DNA of 64,000 nucleotides from an uncultured bacterium (GTDB taxonomy: Bacteria; Planctomycetota; UBA1135; GCA-002686595). The stretch is from positions 32,001 to 96,000 of the forward strand of contig CALSNU010000005.1 of assembly GCA_943787795.1 (NCBI GenBank), in the 5' to 3' direction. Every line of letters starts with the position of its first letter. Positions within the stretch are counted from its first letter, which is position 1. The position numbers were made by a program, and so were the translations under genes. The notes beneath the pieces were generated by a model. The model did no database searches and had not been told where the DNA came from. It saw nothing but the letters and a program-made list of their open reading frames with translations. This document shows positions 9,778 through 18,413 of the stretch, piece by piece.

Positions 9778-9895
9778 GGGTGCCCCCTCGGTCAGCGGGC
9801 CGGGCCACCCTACTCTTCGCTGGAGGGCGGATTCCACGCTGAAAGCGAGGAGCCGATTTTGCAGAGGCGCGGTGCAACCCTGCGGGGCGGCGGAG

Positions 9896-11368
9896 CTAGC
9901 GGGGGGCCGGCGCGGTTTCGCGTCGGCTGGACGCTTCGCCGTGGGAGGACGGCGGGGCGTCTGTCTTGATCGCCTCGGGGCGGCGGTAGCGCTTGGCGGC
10001 CTCACTCTCCCACCAGGAGCGCCACGTCTTGTTGGACGAGCCGGGCCTGCGGCTGGTGATCTGTCCGAGCGCTCCGCGGATCGAGCGGAGCTCTGTCCGG
10101 ACCTCGACCTCCTGGACGCCGATGACGCTGACGTCGAGCACGACACCCTCCACGAGGGTATTCACCACGGGGTCGGCGACCGAAGCTCCCTGGGCGACCT
10201 CGACGTCGAAGTCCTGGACGTAGGCCCGCTGGGTCCCGACGAACAGGTGGGAGCGCGGGGGGCGGTATCCCGACCCTGAGCCAGCCCGGGCCGACAGCGT
10301 GTAGAGACGGCCCATGAGGGGCTCGACAAAGGCCCCGTCGCGGCTGGCGCCGAGGGCCTCCACCGCACGAAGCCGCAGGGCGCCGTTGGTCGAGTCCAGC
10401 GCCCGGATGAGGGGACCGGCCACCTCGTAGGCGCCAACATCGGAGATCGCCCGCGCCGCGGACTCCCTCGCCTGCGGCGAGGGGTCGTAGACCGCGTGGA
10501 TCAGGAGCAGGCGGGGGTCCTCGCGGGGGAACAGCCTCCCCGTGGCGAAGGCCGCGAAGGCTCGCCGGGAGGGCCGCCGGTCGCGCAGCTCGGCGCGCAG
10601 GGTCTGCGCGAGGCGCTCGCGGTCTGCGGCGGTCACGAGCCGCTCGACCACGGCCTCTCGCATGAGCCGTGAGGGACTCGCCCCGAGGTCCAGCAGCCTG
10701 GGGAGCTCGTCCTCGACGCCCCTGGCGGGGAGCCCCCCGAGGTACCGGCCTGCCCGGGCGGCGGCGGCCCGCAGCTCGAGGTCGATGGGGTGGCGGTCGA
10801 GGAGCTCGTCACAGAGCTCGCAGGCCTCCGGCAGGAGCCCCAACTCCAGAGCGCCGTCCACCTGCTCGGCGGGCGTGCGAGCCTCCTCTTCGCAGAGCGC
10901 CTCCAGGCGAGCGAGGGCGACGCGCTCCTCGACCGCCTCGAGCACCGCGTTGGCGGGCACCGTGCGCCAGCCGCCCGCCACCTTGACGCTCCAGTCCCCG
11001 GTGGAGCTCCTGCGGCTGGGGCCGCGAAGGAAGCTCCCTCCGCGCAGCTTGAGCACGCGCTTCACCGCGCGTTCCGTCCGGTCGTCCTGAGTCTTGCCGT
11101 CCTGAGTCCCGTCATCCGGTGTCTCGTCGTCCGGCGTCCGGGCCAGGGGGAGGCCCTCGATGGGTGACTCTGCCGGTGTCTCCAGGGGCGCTGCAGTGGA
11201 GAACGCTGCGGCGGATGTCACTGCGGCGGATGCCACGGCGGCGGATGCCACAGCGGCCGAGGTCGCGGCGAGGGCCAGGCTGATGGCCGGACGGAGAGCC
11301 GGACGGAGAGTCGGACGGAGAGCCGGTCGGAGAGCCCGGCAGAGTGGCAGAGCGAGGGACTTGATCAT
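9896..11368 (-). CDS. exported HEAT-repeat protein with a secretin-like C-terminal hairpin motif
   Basis: Own SD (GGAGGA) 9 nt before ATG 11368. Signal-peptide-like N-terminus. HEAT repeats (L-D....R..AA.A[LI]G). Confidence 0.75.
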   Translation of the reverse strand: MIKSLALPLCRALRPALRPTLRPALRPAISLALAATSAAVASAAVASAAVTSAAAFSTAAPLETPAESPIEGLPLARTPDDETPDDGTQDGKTQDDRTERAVKRVLKLRGGSFLRGPSRRSSTGDWSVKVAGGWRTVPANAVLEAVEERVALARLEALCEEEARTPAEQVDGALELGLLPEACELCDELLDRHPIDLELRAAAARAGRYLGGLPARGVEDELPRLLDLGASPSRLMREAVVERLVTAADRERLAQTLRAELRDRRPSRRAFAAFATGRLFPREDPRLLLIHAVYDPSPQARESAARAISDVGAYEVAGPLIRALDSTNGALRLRAVEALGASRDGAFVEPLMGRLYTLSARAGSGSGYRPPRSHLFVGTQRAYVQDFDVEVAQGASVADPVVNTLVEGVVLDVSVIGVQEVEVRTELRSIRGALGQITSRRPGSSNKTWRSWWESEAAKRYRRPEAIKTDAPPSSHGEASSRRETAPAPR

Positions 11369-11459
11369 GGGCAGGGCTCCTCCATGGGAGTCGCGGACCG
11401 CGTGGATGGGTGCGGCTGCTGCTCCGGTATACGCCCTTGGATGGGTTCGGTGACGCTCG

Positions 11460-14086
11460 CTAGCGGAGTTCCCGGGGAAGGGGGGGGAGCCGGCTCGCGC
11501 AGGGGGTGGCGGCCGCCACAGGAGAGGGCCGTCACGGCCCGTGACGTGGAGCCTGATCCCACGGCGCTGCAGCTCGTCGGCGTAGGCTGGGACATCCCCG
11601 CTGACGACCGCGAGCGTGGGCTGGGTTCGTTCGAGGAGGCGTGAGAGGTGTCGGGTCCGGGAACCATGGTGGGGCATGAGGAGGACGTCGACGGGGCCCG
11701 GTTCGAGCCACGGGTCCTCTCCGCCGCCGTCCAGGACCGCTCTCAGTCCGGGCCCCTCGGCGTCTCCACACAGCACCACCCGGACCGGGCGCTCGCCCCG
11801 GGGACTCCAGCGCAGGTCGAAGATGGCCGAGCCCTCGTTGGGGTCGGGCATTCCCGATGAGATCGCCGCCACCCGCAGGGGTGGGTCGGGGTCTCCGGCG
11901 AGGGCGCTGTCGAGCCAGATGACCCCGCGGGGATGGACCGGGTCGAGTGCTCCGCTCCCCGCGCCCAAGGCGCCGCCTTCATCCGGAGCCACGGGCGCGT
12001 GGAGCTCAGCGGCGTCCCATCGGCCCACGATCCAGGGGATCGCTCCGGCGTGGTCCTCGTGGTCGTGGGAGACGCCGACCCGAATGGCCCCCGTGTCCAG
12101 CGCCCGGAGCAGCGCGCCGACGCCCTCCTCAGCGACCGCCAGTCGATCTCGCGACCCAGCGTCCAGGACCCATGTGGGAGCGCCGGGCGCCCGCGCGACC
12201 ACCGCGGTGCCGTTGCCCACGTCGAGGACGTGGAGCTCGAGGGTCTTCGGGATCGGGCCGGGCGCGCCCGGGCCGAGGGCCGGACCCGGCCAGGGGAGCA
12301 GGAGCACGCCGAAGGCTGCCGCCCCCAGCCGCGCGATCCGTCCGCTCAGGTGATGACGGGGTCGGTACGTGGCGAGTCCCACCGAGAGGCTCGCCAGGAG
12401 GATGAGCCACAGGGGGCGCTCGGGGAGTGGGAGTGGTGTCCCGGGCAGGCGGTCCATCCACTGGAGCCAGGTGATCAACCCGTCCGCGGACCAGCTGGCC
12501 ACGCGGTCAAGGGCCTCGAGGGGCAGGAGGAGTCGGAGCCACCCGGCCGTGACGAGGAGGGCGAGCGGTGGGGTGGCGACGGGGGTGGCCAGGAGGCTCA
12601 CGGGGCTCCACTCCCCGAAGACGCTCCAGACCACGGGGAGGGTTGCGAGGGAGGCGACCGTGCCCGCGGCGAGGGCGCCGAAGCAGAGCCCGCGCACGCG
12701 CCCCACGAGGGCGACGAGGATCGGCGGCCGGGGCCAGCCGGTGGGGCCGACGGGGTCCATCCATCGCGGCGTGCTGCCGCCATCTTGTGGGTCTCCGGCG
12801 AGGGCTCGGGCCAGGGGGCCTGCCGCCAGCACCAGGGCGGCCGTCGCGAGGTAGGAGAGCTGCGTCCCGGGACGGGTCGGGGCGAGGGGGTCCATGGCCA
12901 CCTCGGCGAGGGCCGCGACGCCGATGAGGTTGAGGGCGGAGGGGCGGCGCCCAAGGCGCTGCGAGAGCAGCGCGAGCCCCAGCCCGATGGCGGCCCGGGT
13001 CGCCGGCGCGCCCCCGCCTGAGAGCGGGATGAAGGCGACGATCATGGCGGCCGAGAGGAGCGCGGGCCCCGGCCGGAGTGTGCTGCCCCTGAGCGCGGCT
13101 CCGTGGCGCGAGGCGCCGGCGAGGAGGCGCGCGAGCGGGATCACGAGGAGGACCGCGAGCAGCCCGACGTGGAAGCCCGAGAGCGCCAGCAGGTGCCGGG
13201 TGCCGGTGCGGGTGAACAGATCGGTGAGCTCTGGCGAGAGCCCGCGGCGCTCGCCAAAGACCAGGGCCGCGAGCAGGGCCCCGCAGGTCTCGTCAGGGTG
13301 CGCCAGGCAGGCGCGGATCCCCCGGCCGCGCAGCACCGCGAGCCGGGCTCGGCTGCTCGTCGCGGTTGGGGCGCCGTCGGTCTCCGGTCGAGCGGCGCTC
13401 GCTCGGGGGCTTGGGATACGGACGATCTCGTCGGCGCGCGGGCGTAGGCTGCTCGTGCGAGGGGACAGGGGGCGGTGGGTGCTCCTGGCCCGGCCCGCTC
13501 GCCGGGCCCCGGGGTCCACGGCGACGAGATCCCCGGGGGCCACGGCGCCCCGGGGGAGGATCATCAGCCCCGGCTGCCCGCCGACGGTCCACGCCTCGGA
13601 GGCCCCGCGCCCGCTCCCGCTCCCACGGAGCTCGTGCACGTGCCCGACGGCGGGCTGTCCTGGAGGAGCCACGGGCTCCCGCTGGGCGATGGCGGCACGG
13701 CCCGCGCAGAGCAGCGCGAGGGCGCCGAGCAGCAGGGGCGCTCGCTGGCGGATCGCCGGAGGTCGCGCCGCCAGCGCGGCGAGGGCCATGGCCGCTGCAG
13801 CGCAAGCGCTCCCTGGCCCGAGAAGCCCGAGAAGCCCGAGAAGCCCGAGGAGCCCGAGGTCGACCTGCGCGGAGCCTGCGAAGAGGGAGCCCACCCCTGC
13901 CCCGAGGCAAGCGACCCCCGCCGCCAGCAGCGCGGGCGCCGGTCCCCCGGAGGAGCCCGGAGAAGGCGCAGCGGCCGTGTCCCCGCCCGAGCTCTCGGAT
14001 GGGCTCTCGAGTGCGCCGTTCGGCGGACCCGGCGGGTCTAGCGATTGGGCGCCACCCTCATCCCGCAGTGCCTTGTCTCGTTTCAC
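11460..14086 (-). CDS. comEC: ComEC/Rec2 DNA-uptake channel with metallo-beta-lactamase domain (start uncertain; stop absent as sequenced)
   Basis: FTRTGTRHLLALSGFHVG competence motif, multi-TM core, LDVGNG, SHDHEDHAG, NEGS, LCGDAE and PHHGS. Confidence 0.85.
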
Positions 14087-14270
14087 CCTCCCCAAGGGTC
14101 GTGCGGGCACGCGGCAGGTTTCGGGTCCGCGTGAGCCAAGGCGCAGCGGAGCCCTCCGAGGGGTGGGCCGTCCCCCCGGAAGGGCTCGGCCGAGTCGAGG
14201 AGAGCCCCGCTGGACCCAGCGAGCCCCTGCAGCGGCAGCAGCGCCTGGCGAAGGGGCGCGAGGGCCGCCA

Positions 14271-14358
14271 GGGGGAGCTCGCGAGGGCCGGGGGGAGCTC
14301 GCGAGGGCCGGGGGGAGCTCGCGAGGGCCGGGGGGAGCTCGCGAGGGCCGGGGGGAGC
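14271..14358. repeat. 20-bp perfect tandem repeat (GGGGGAGCTCGCGAGGGCCG) x4.4
   Basis: Directly visible between the divergent comEC and coaD genes. Confidence 0.95.
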
Positions 14359-14381
14359 ACTGTCGGCTACCATGTCGGTCC

Positions 14382-14870
14382 ATGTCGAATCCCAAGGACC
14401 ACCGGGCCATCTTTCCGGGCACCTTCGATCCTGTGACCCTCGGTCATATCGATCTGATCGAGCGCGCGTCGGTGCTCTTCGATCACCTCTTCGTCGCGGT
14501 CGCCGCGCACCATGACAAGCGCCATGTGCTGGGCGTGGCCGAGCGCGTCGCCCTGCTCGAGGAGGCGACCTCGGACCTCGGGAACGTCGAAGTGACCGCC
14601 CTCGACGGGCTGCTCGTGGACGGCGCGAGGCGCATGGGGGCCACGGCCGTCGTGCGCGGGATCCGCAGCTCGGCGGACCTCGAGTACGAGCGCCAGCTGG
14701 CCCTCTCCAATCGGGCCATGGCCCCCGAGCTGGACACGGTCATGCTGCTCTCCTCGCCAGAGCACGCCCACGTCTCCAGCACCCTGGTCCGTCAAATCGC
14801 GCGACTCGGCGGGGACCTCGCGCCCTTTGTTCCACCCTCGGTCGTCCTCGCGCTGGCCGGACGCTTCTGA
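14382..14870 (+). CDS. coaD: pantetheine-phosphate adenylyltransferase
   Basis: AIFPGTFDPVTLGHIDLIERA, VRGIRSSADLEYE and VSSTLVRQIA. Confidence 0.97.
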   Translation: MSNPKDHRAIFPGTFDPVTLGHIDLIERASVLFDHLFVAVAAHHDKRHVLGVAERVALLEEATSDLGNVEVTALDGLLVDGARRMGATAVVRGIRSSADLEYERQLALSNRAMAPELDTVMLLSSPEHAHVSSTLVRQIARLGGDLAPFVPPSVVLALAGRF

Positions 14871-14926
14871 TCCCATCGGCCAGGCGCGCGTCCGCCGCTC
14901 CGCAATCCCACCACCCAGAACCCTCC

Positions 14927-15325
14927 ATGTCCGAGCGCACCGCCATCAAGACCGACAAGGCCCCCGGGGCCATCGGGCCCTACAACCAGGCCATCGTGGC
15001 CGGAGGCTTCGTGCACTGCTCCGGGCAGGTGGCCTTCATCCCCGAGACCATGGAGATCGTCGAGGGCGGCGTCGCCGAGCAGACCGAGCAGGTCATGGCC
15101 AACCTGGGCGCCGTCCTGGAGGCCGCCGGCTCCAGCTTCGCCCAGGCGGTCAAGTGCACCATCTACCTCAAGGACATGGGCGACTTCGCCACGGTCAATG
15201 AGATCTACGGGCGGGCCTTCGACTGCGCCGAGCCGCCCGCGCGGGTCACCATCGAGGCGGCGCGCCTCCCCAAGGACGTCCTGGTGGAGATCGACTGCCT
15301 CGCCCTCGCCGGGCCGGGCAGTTGA
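14927..15325 (+). CDS. ridA: RidA/YjgF family enamine/imine deaminase
   Basis: APGAIGPYNQA, SGQV, PPAR and LPKDVLVEID. Confidence 0.95.
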   Translation: MSERTAIKTDKAPGAIGPYNQAIVAGGFVHCSGQVAFIPETMEIVEGGVAEQTEQVMANLGAVLEAAGSSFAQAVKCTIYLKDMGDFATVNEIYGRAFDCAEPPARVTIEAARLPKDVLVEIDCLALAGPGS

Positions 15326-15367
15326 GCTGACCCCGGAGGGCGCCGGGACGCTATTCTCTCCGCCCTC

Positions 15368-16459
15368 ATGAGCGTCTCCTGTGGAATCGTAGGCTTGCCC
15401 AATGTCGGCAAGAGCACCCTGTTCAATGCCCTGACGGCGGCCGGCGCGCAGGAGGGGAACTTCCCCTTCTGCACCATCGACCCCAACGTCGCGGTGGCGG
15501 CCGTCCCCGACGCGAGCCTGGAGACCATCCATCGGTTCATCCAGACCGACAAGGTCATCCCCGCGTCGGTGAAGATCGTCGACATCGCGGGCCTGATCGC
15601 CGGCGCGTCGAAGGGGGAGGGGCTCGGGAACAAGTTCCTTTCGAACATCCGCGAGACCGACGCGATCATGCACGTGGTGCGCTGCTTCGGCGGCTCGAAG
15701 GTCGTGCGCGAGGAGCCGGTCGACCCCCTCAAGGACATCGAGGTGATCGAGCTCGAGCTGGCGCTCGCCGACCTCGACACCGTGGACCGCGCCATCGAGC
15801 GCGTCTCCAAGAAGGCGCGCTCGGGGGACAAGGACTCGCTGGAGCAGAAGGAGCTCTTCGAGCGGGCCAAGGCCATGCTCGAGAACGGCGACCTGCTGCG
15901 CGCCCACGACTGGACCGACCGCGAGCGCCTGCTGCTCAAGCCCATGTGCCTCATGTCCACCAAGCGCATGCTCTACGTGGCGAACGTGACCGACGAGGAC
16001 CTGGACGGCTCGTCGGAGTACGCGCAGGCGGTGGCGGCCCGCGCGGCGGCCACCGGCTCCGAGTGGATCCCCATCTGCGGCGACATCGAGTCGGAGCTGC
16101 GGAACATGGAGGACGAGGAGCGGGACCTGTTCATGGCCGACCTTGGCATCGAGGCCCTCGGCCTCGATCGGCTGATCCAGGCGACCTACAAGCTGCTCGG
16201 CCTGCAGACCTACTACACCGCCGGCGAGAAGGAGATCCGCGCCTGGACCACCGCCACCGGCTCGAAGGCGCCCCAGGCCGCCGGGGTCATCCACACGGAC
16301 TTCGAGAAGGCCTTCATCCGGGCCGAGGTCTACGCGGTGGAGGACCTCGTCGAGCACGAATCAGAGACGGCCATCCGCGCCGCGGGCAAGCTCCGCACGG
16401 AAGGCCGCGACTACGTCATGCGGGAAGGGGACGTGTGCCACTTCCTGATCGGGAAGTGA
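15368..16459 (+). CDS. ychF: redox-regulated ATPase YchF
   Basis: GIVGLPNVGKSTLFNALT, NFPFCTIDPN, DIAGL..GASKGEGLGNKFL and APQAAGVIHTDFEKAFIRAEV. Confidence 0.97.
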   Translation: MSVSCGIVGLPNVGKSTLFNALTAAGAQEGNFPFCTIDPNVAVAAVPDASLETIHRFIQTDKVIPASVKIVDIAGLIAGASKGEGLGNKFLSNIRETDAIMHVVRCFGGSKVVREEPVDPLKDIEVIELELALADLDTVDRAIERVSKKARSGDKDSLEQKELFERAKAMLENGDLLRAHDWTDRERLLLKPMCLMSTKRMLYVANVTDEDLDGSSEYAQAVAARAAATGSEWIPICGDIESELRNMEDEERDLFMADLGIEALGLDRLIQATYKLLGLQTYYTAGEKEIRAWTTATGSKAPQAAGVIHTDFEKAFIRAEVYAVEDLVEHESETAIRAAGKLRTEGRDYVMREGDVCHFLIGK

Positions 16460-16665
16460 ACCAAGGCGGGGGGCCGTGGCAGGAAACCCGCGCCGGGACC
16501 GTTCGAGGGCCTAGTGAGCGAGGGCCTAGCGGGCCTTCGGCCCGGGCGATCGACCTCGATCGCCGTCACCGAGCGCCGCTCGCGGGCAGGTGACCTTCGC
16601 TGGGCGGAAGCTCCTCCTTGGGACCCCAAGGGCCCGGTCAGCGATCCTGTGGCCCGGTCAGGGAA

Positions 16666-17538
16666 TCAACGGCGGACCACCTCGAACGGGGGCTTGGGGT
16701 AGACGGGTTCGAGCGTGCTGTTCTTCGTGGGGGACTCCAACGGAGTCGAGGCGCCGCCGCCTCAGCCGTACTCCATGGAGCCCGTCTCAAGGACGGTCTT
16801 GTCCCCACCGAGGAGCCGGTACTCCATGGGAATACGAGCGCCGGAGCGATAGATCGTCAGGCCCGCGCCGCTCGCGCCGCCGGCGCCCGTGATCTTGATC
16901 GCACCTCGCTTCCCCGTGACCTGCGAGGCGAGGTGGATGCGCGGATCGACGTCGAGCCGCGTGACCTTTCCCTCCACGATCTCGATCTTCTGGAGGGTCG
17001 CAGCCGTCGCCGAGATGTGCCAGTGGACACGCTTCTCGACCCGTTCGATCCGGTACGTCCGCAGCCGATAGGTGCCGGCGGGGAGGACACGGGGGTCCCT
17101 CCTCGCGCGGCCCTTGCCGCTCCAGGAGAGACGGTAGCTCTTGCCCTCCGCGTCGGTGAGGAAGAGGTCGCCGATGGGGATGTTGGCGGTCAGCGTGCCC
17201 TCACCCTTCCGCCGGCGCCTCTTGCTCGACAGCACCTCTGGCAGCTCAAGCGGGCGCGCGCTCAGGAACTCGATCAGGGCCGCACGGACCCGTTCGGGGG
17301 CGCCGCTTCAGGCGGTGTCCTTGACCTGATTCAGCCACGCGCGATCCCGCGGAAGCTCCGGGTCCGGCGGCAGGTGGCAGGCCATGCAGGAGCGCTGGAA
17401 GAGCTCCCCTGCCTGGGCGATCTCGGCGGCCTTGGGGCCGTCATCCTGCCTGACCGGCGAAGGCGCGAGTCGGGCGGCGGTGAGCGGGGCCGTCAGGGCC
17501 ATCAGGGCCGTCAAGGCGAGGAGGTTGAGGTGTTGCAT
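16666..17538 (-). CDS. candidate selenoprotein: secreted monoheme cytochrome c with two in-frame UGA (U77, U259), 290 aa
   Basis: ORFs 17308-17538 and 16762-17235 share a frame and are separated only by TGA. Signal peptide and CMACH. Coding-like codon bias continues past both TGAs, and a SECIS-like hairpin follows each. Confidence 0.75.
16733..16747 (-). promoter_or_regulatory. candidate SECIS for UGA at 16762-16764
   Basis: GACUCC-GUU-GGAGUC, a perfect 6-bp stem. The loop begins with GU, 20 nt after the UGA. Confidence 0.6.
17280..17297 (-). promoter_or_regulatory. candidate SECIS for UGA at 17308-17310
   Basis: CCG-A-ACG-[GGUC]-CGU-G-CGG hairpin. The GGUC loop starts 17 nt after the UGA. 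Confidence 0.6.
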
Positions 17539-18413
17539 GGCAGCATGATTGGGCCTTTGGAGGCAGCGGGGTCCTTGGCCTGTCGCGCACGGGGGCCTCT
17601 GCCCGGCGCAGCGAGGCCTTGCCCCAGGATTTTGCCTGCGGGCGGCTCGCCGCGGTTCTCAGCCCTGCGAATGGCGTCAATCATCGTCGCTTACCGATGG
17701 TCTTGAAGTGACTTTGGGGCCGCGCTGGTCATCGCTCGTGCGCCTCCTCAGCGCCGCGCTTGAGCCTCTTCACCAAGGATGGAGCGGAGGAGCACTCGAT
17801 CCATGGGGTCGCGGTGGGGCGAAGGGCTGCGAGAGTCGAGCATGAGGCACCTATCGAGCGCGAGGCGCTGCCTTGGGCAATCGCGCAAACCCCGACCTCG
17901 TCATGATAAGCCCCAAACATACCTCTTGGAGAGCGACGGCGAGCCGGCATCTGTTCATGGACGCCGGGAGCCAGAGCGAGGAGAGTCGTTGGGGCTGGTG
18001 CGGGGCAATCCCGGCGGACGGTGAGCTCATGGCCTTGGCGGAGCTAGTTGCAGAGACGCGGCCAAGTGGGTGACGATCCTGGGCGCACGTCGTGACGGTC
18101 ACCTCCCGCCGCAGCGGGGCCAGGGACGGCCCCTGGAGCTCTTCACCGTCACGTCTACTGTCCCTAGTACCTCACATGACGGTCCCGCCATCGGTCCGGA
18201 CTCGCCCCAACACGAGCAGGGCTCTGCTCGGTCAGGCGAGCGTTGCGCTGCTCCGGCAAGACCTCCGGCAACTCCAACCGCAGGTGTGGCGCGGGGCCAT
18301 AGAGGGGGTATCCTCTCCCCCGGGAGCTGAATCATTGGACGGGATGTCCCCTCTCGGCCCTTCTCCCCGCCGCGATGAAACAGCCTCGTTCGGTCCACCG
18401 CGAGGATAGGTCG

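Noticed and set aside
14271..14358. CRISPR array (also considered for 25752, 33729, 42997 and 61996)
   Set aside because: The units are contiguous with no unique spacers, and no cas genes are present.
9896..14422. 1508-aa ORF as one genuine protein starting at 14422
   Set aside because: The N-terminal ~110 aa are translated tandem repeat overlapping coaD. The C-terminal third has its own SD and a signal-like start.
16560..16668. Third readthrough at TGA 16666-16668
   Set aside because: Downstream codons lose the G/C third-position bias and run into short repeats and the convergent ychF end.
17700..18400. Short ORFs in the atypical region
   Set aside because: No motifs, weak codon bias and mutually overlapping.
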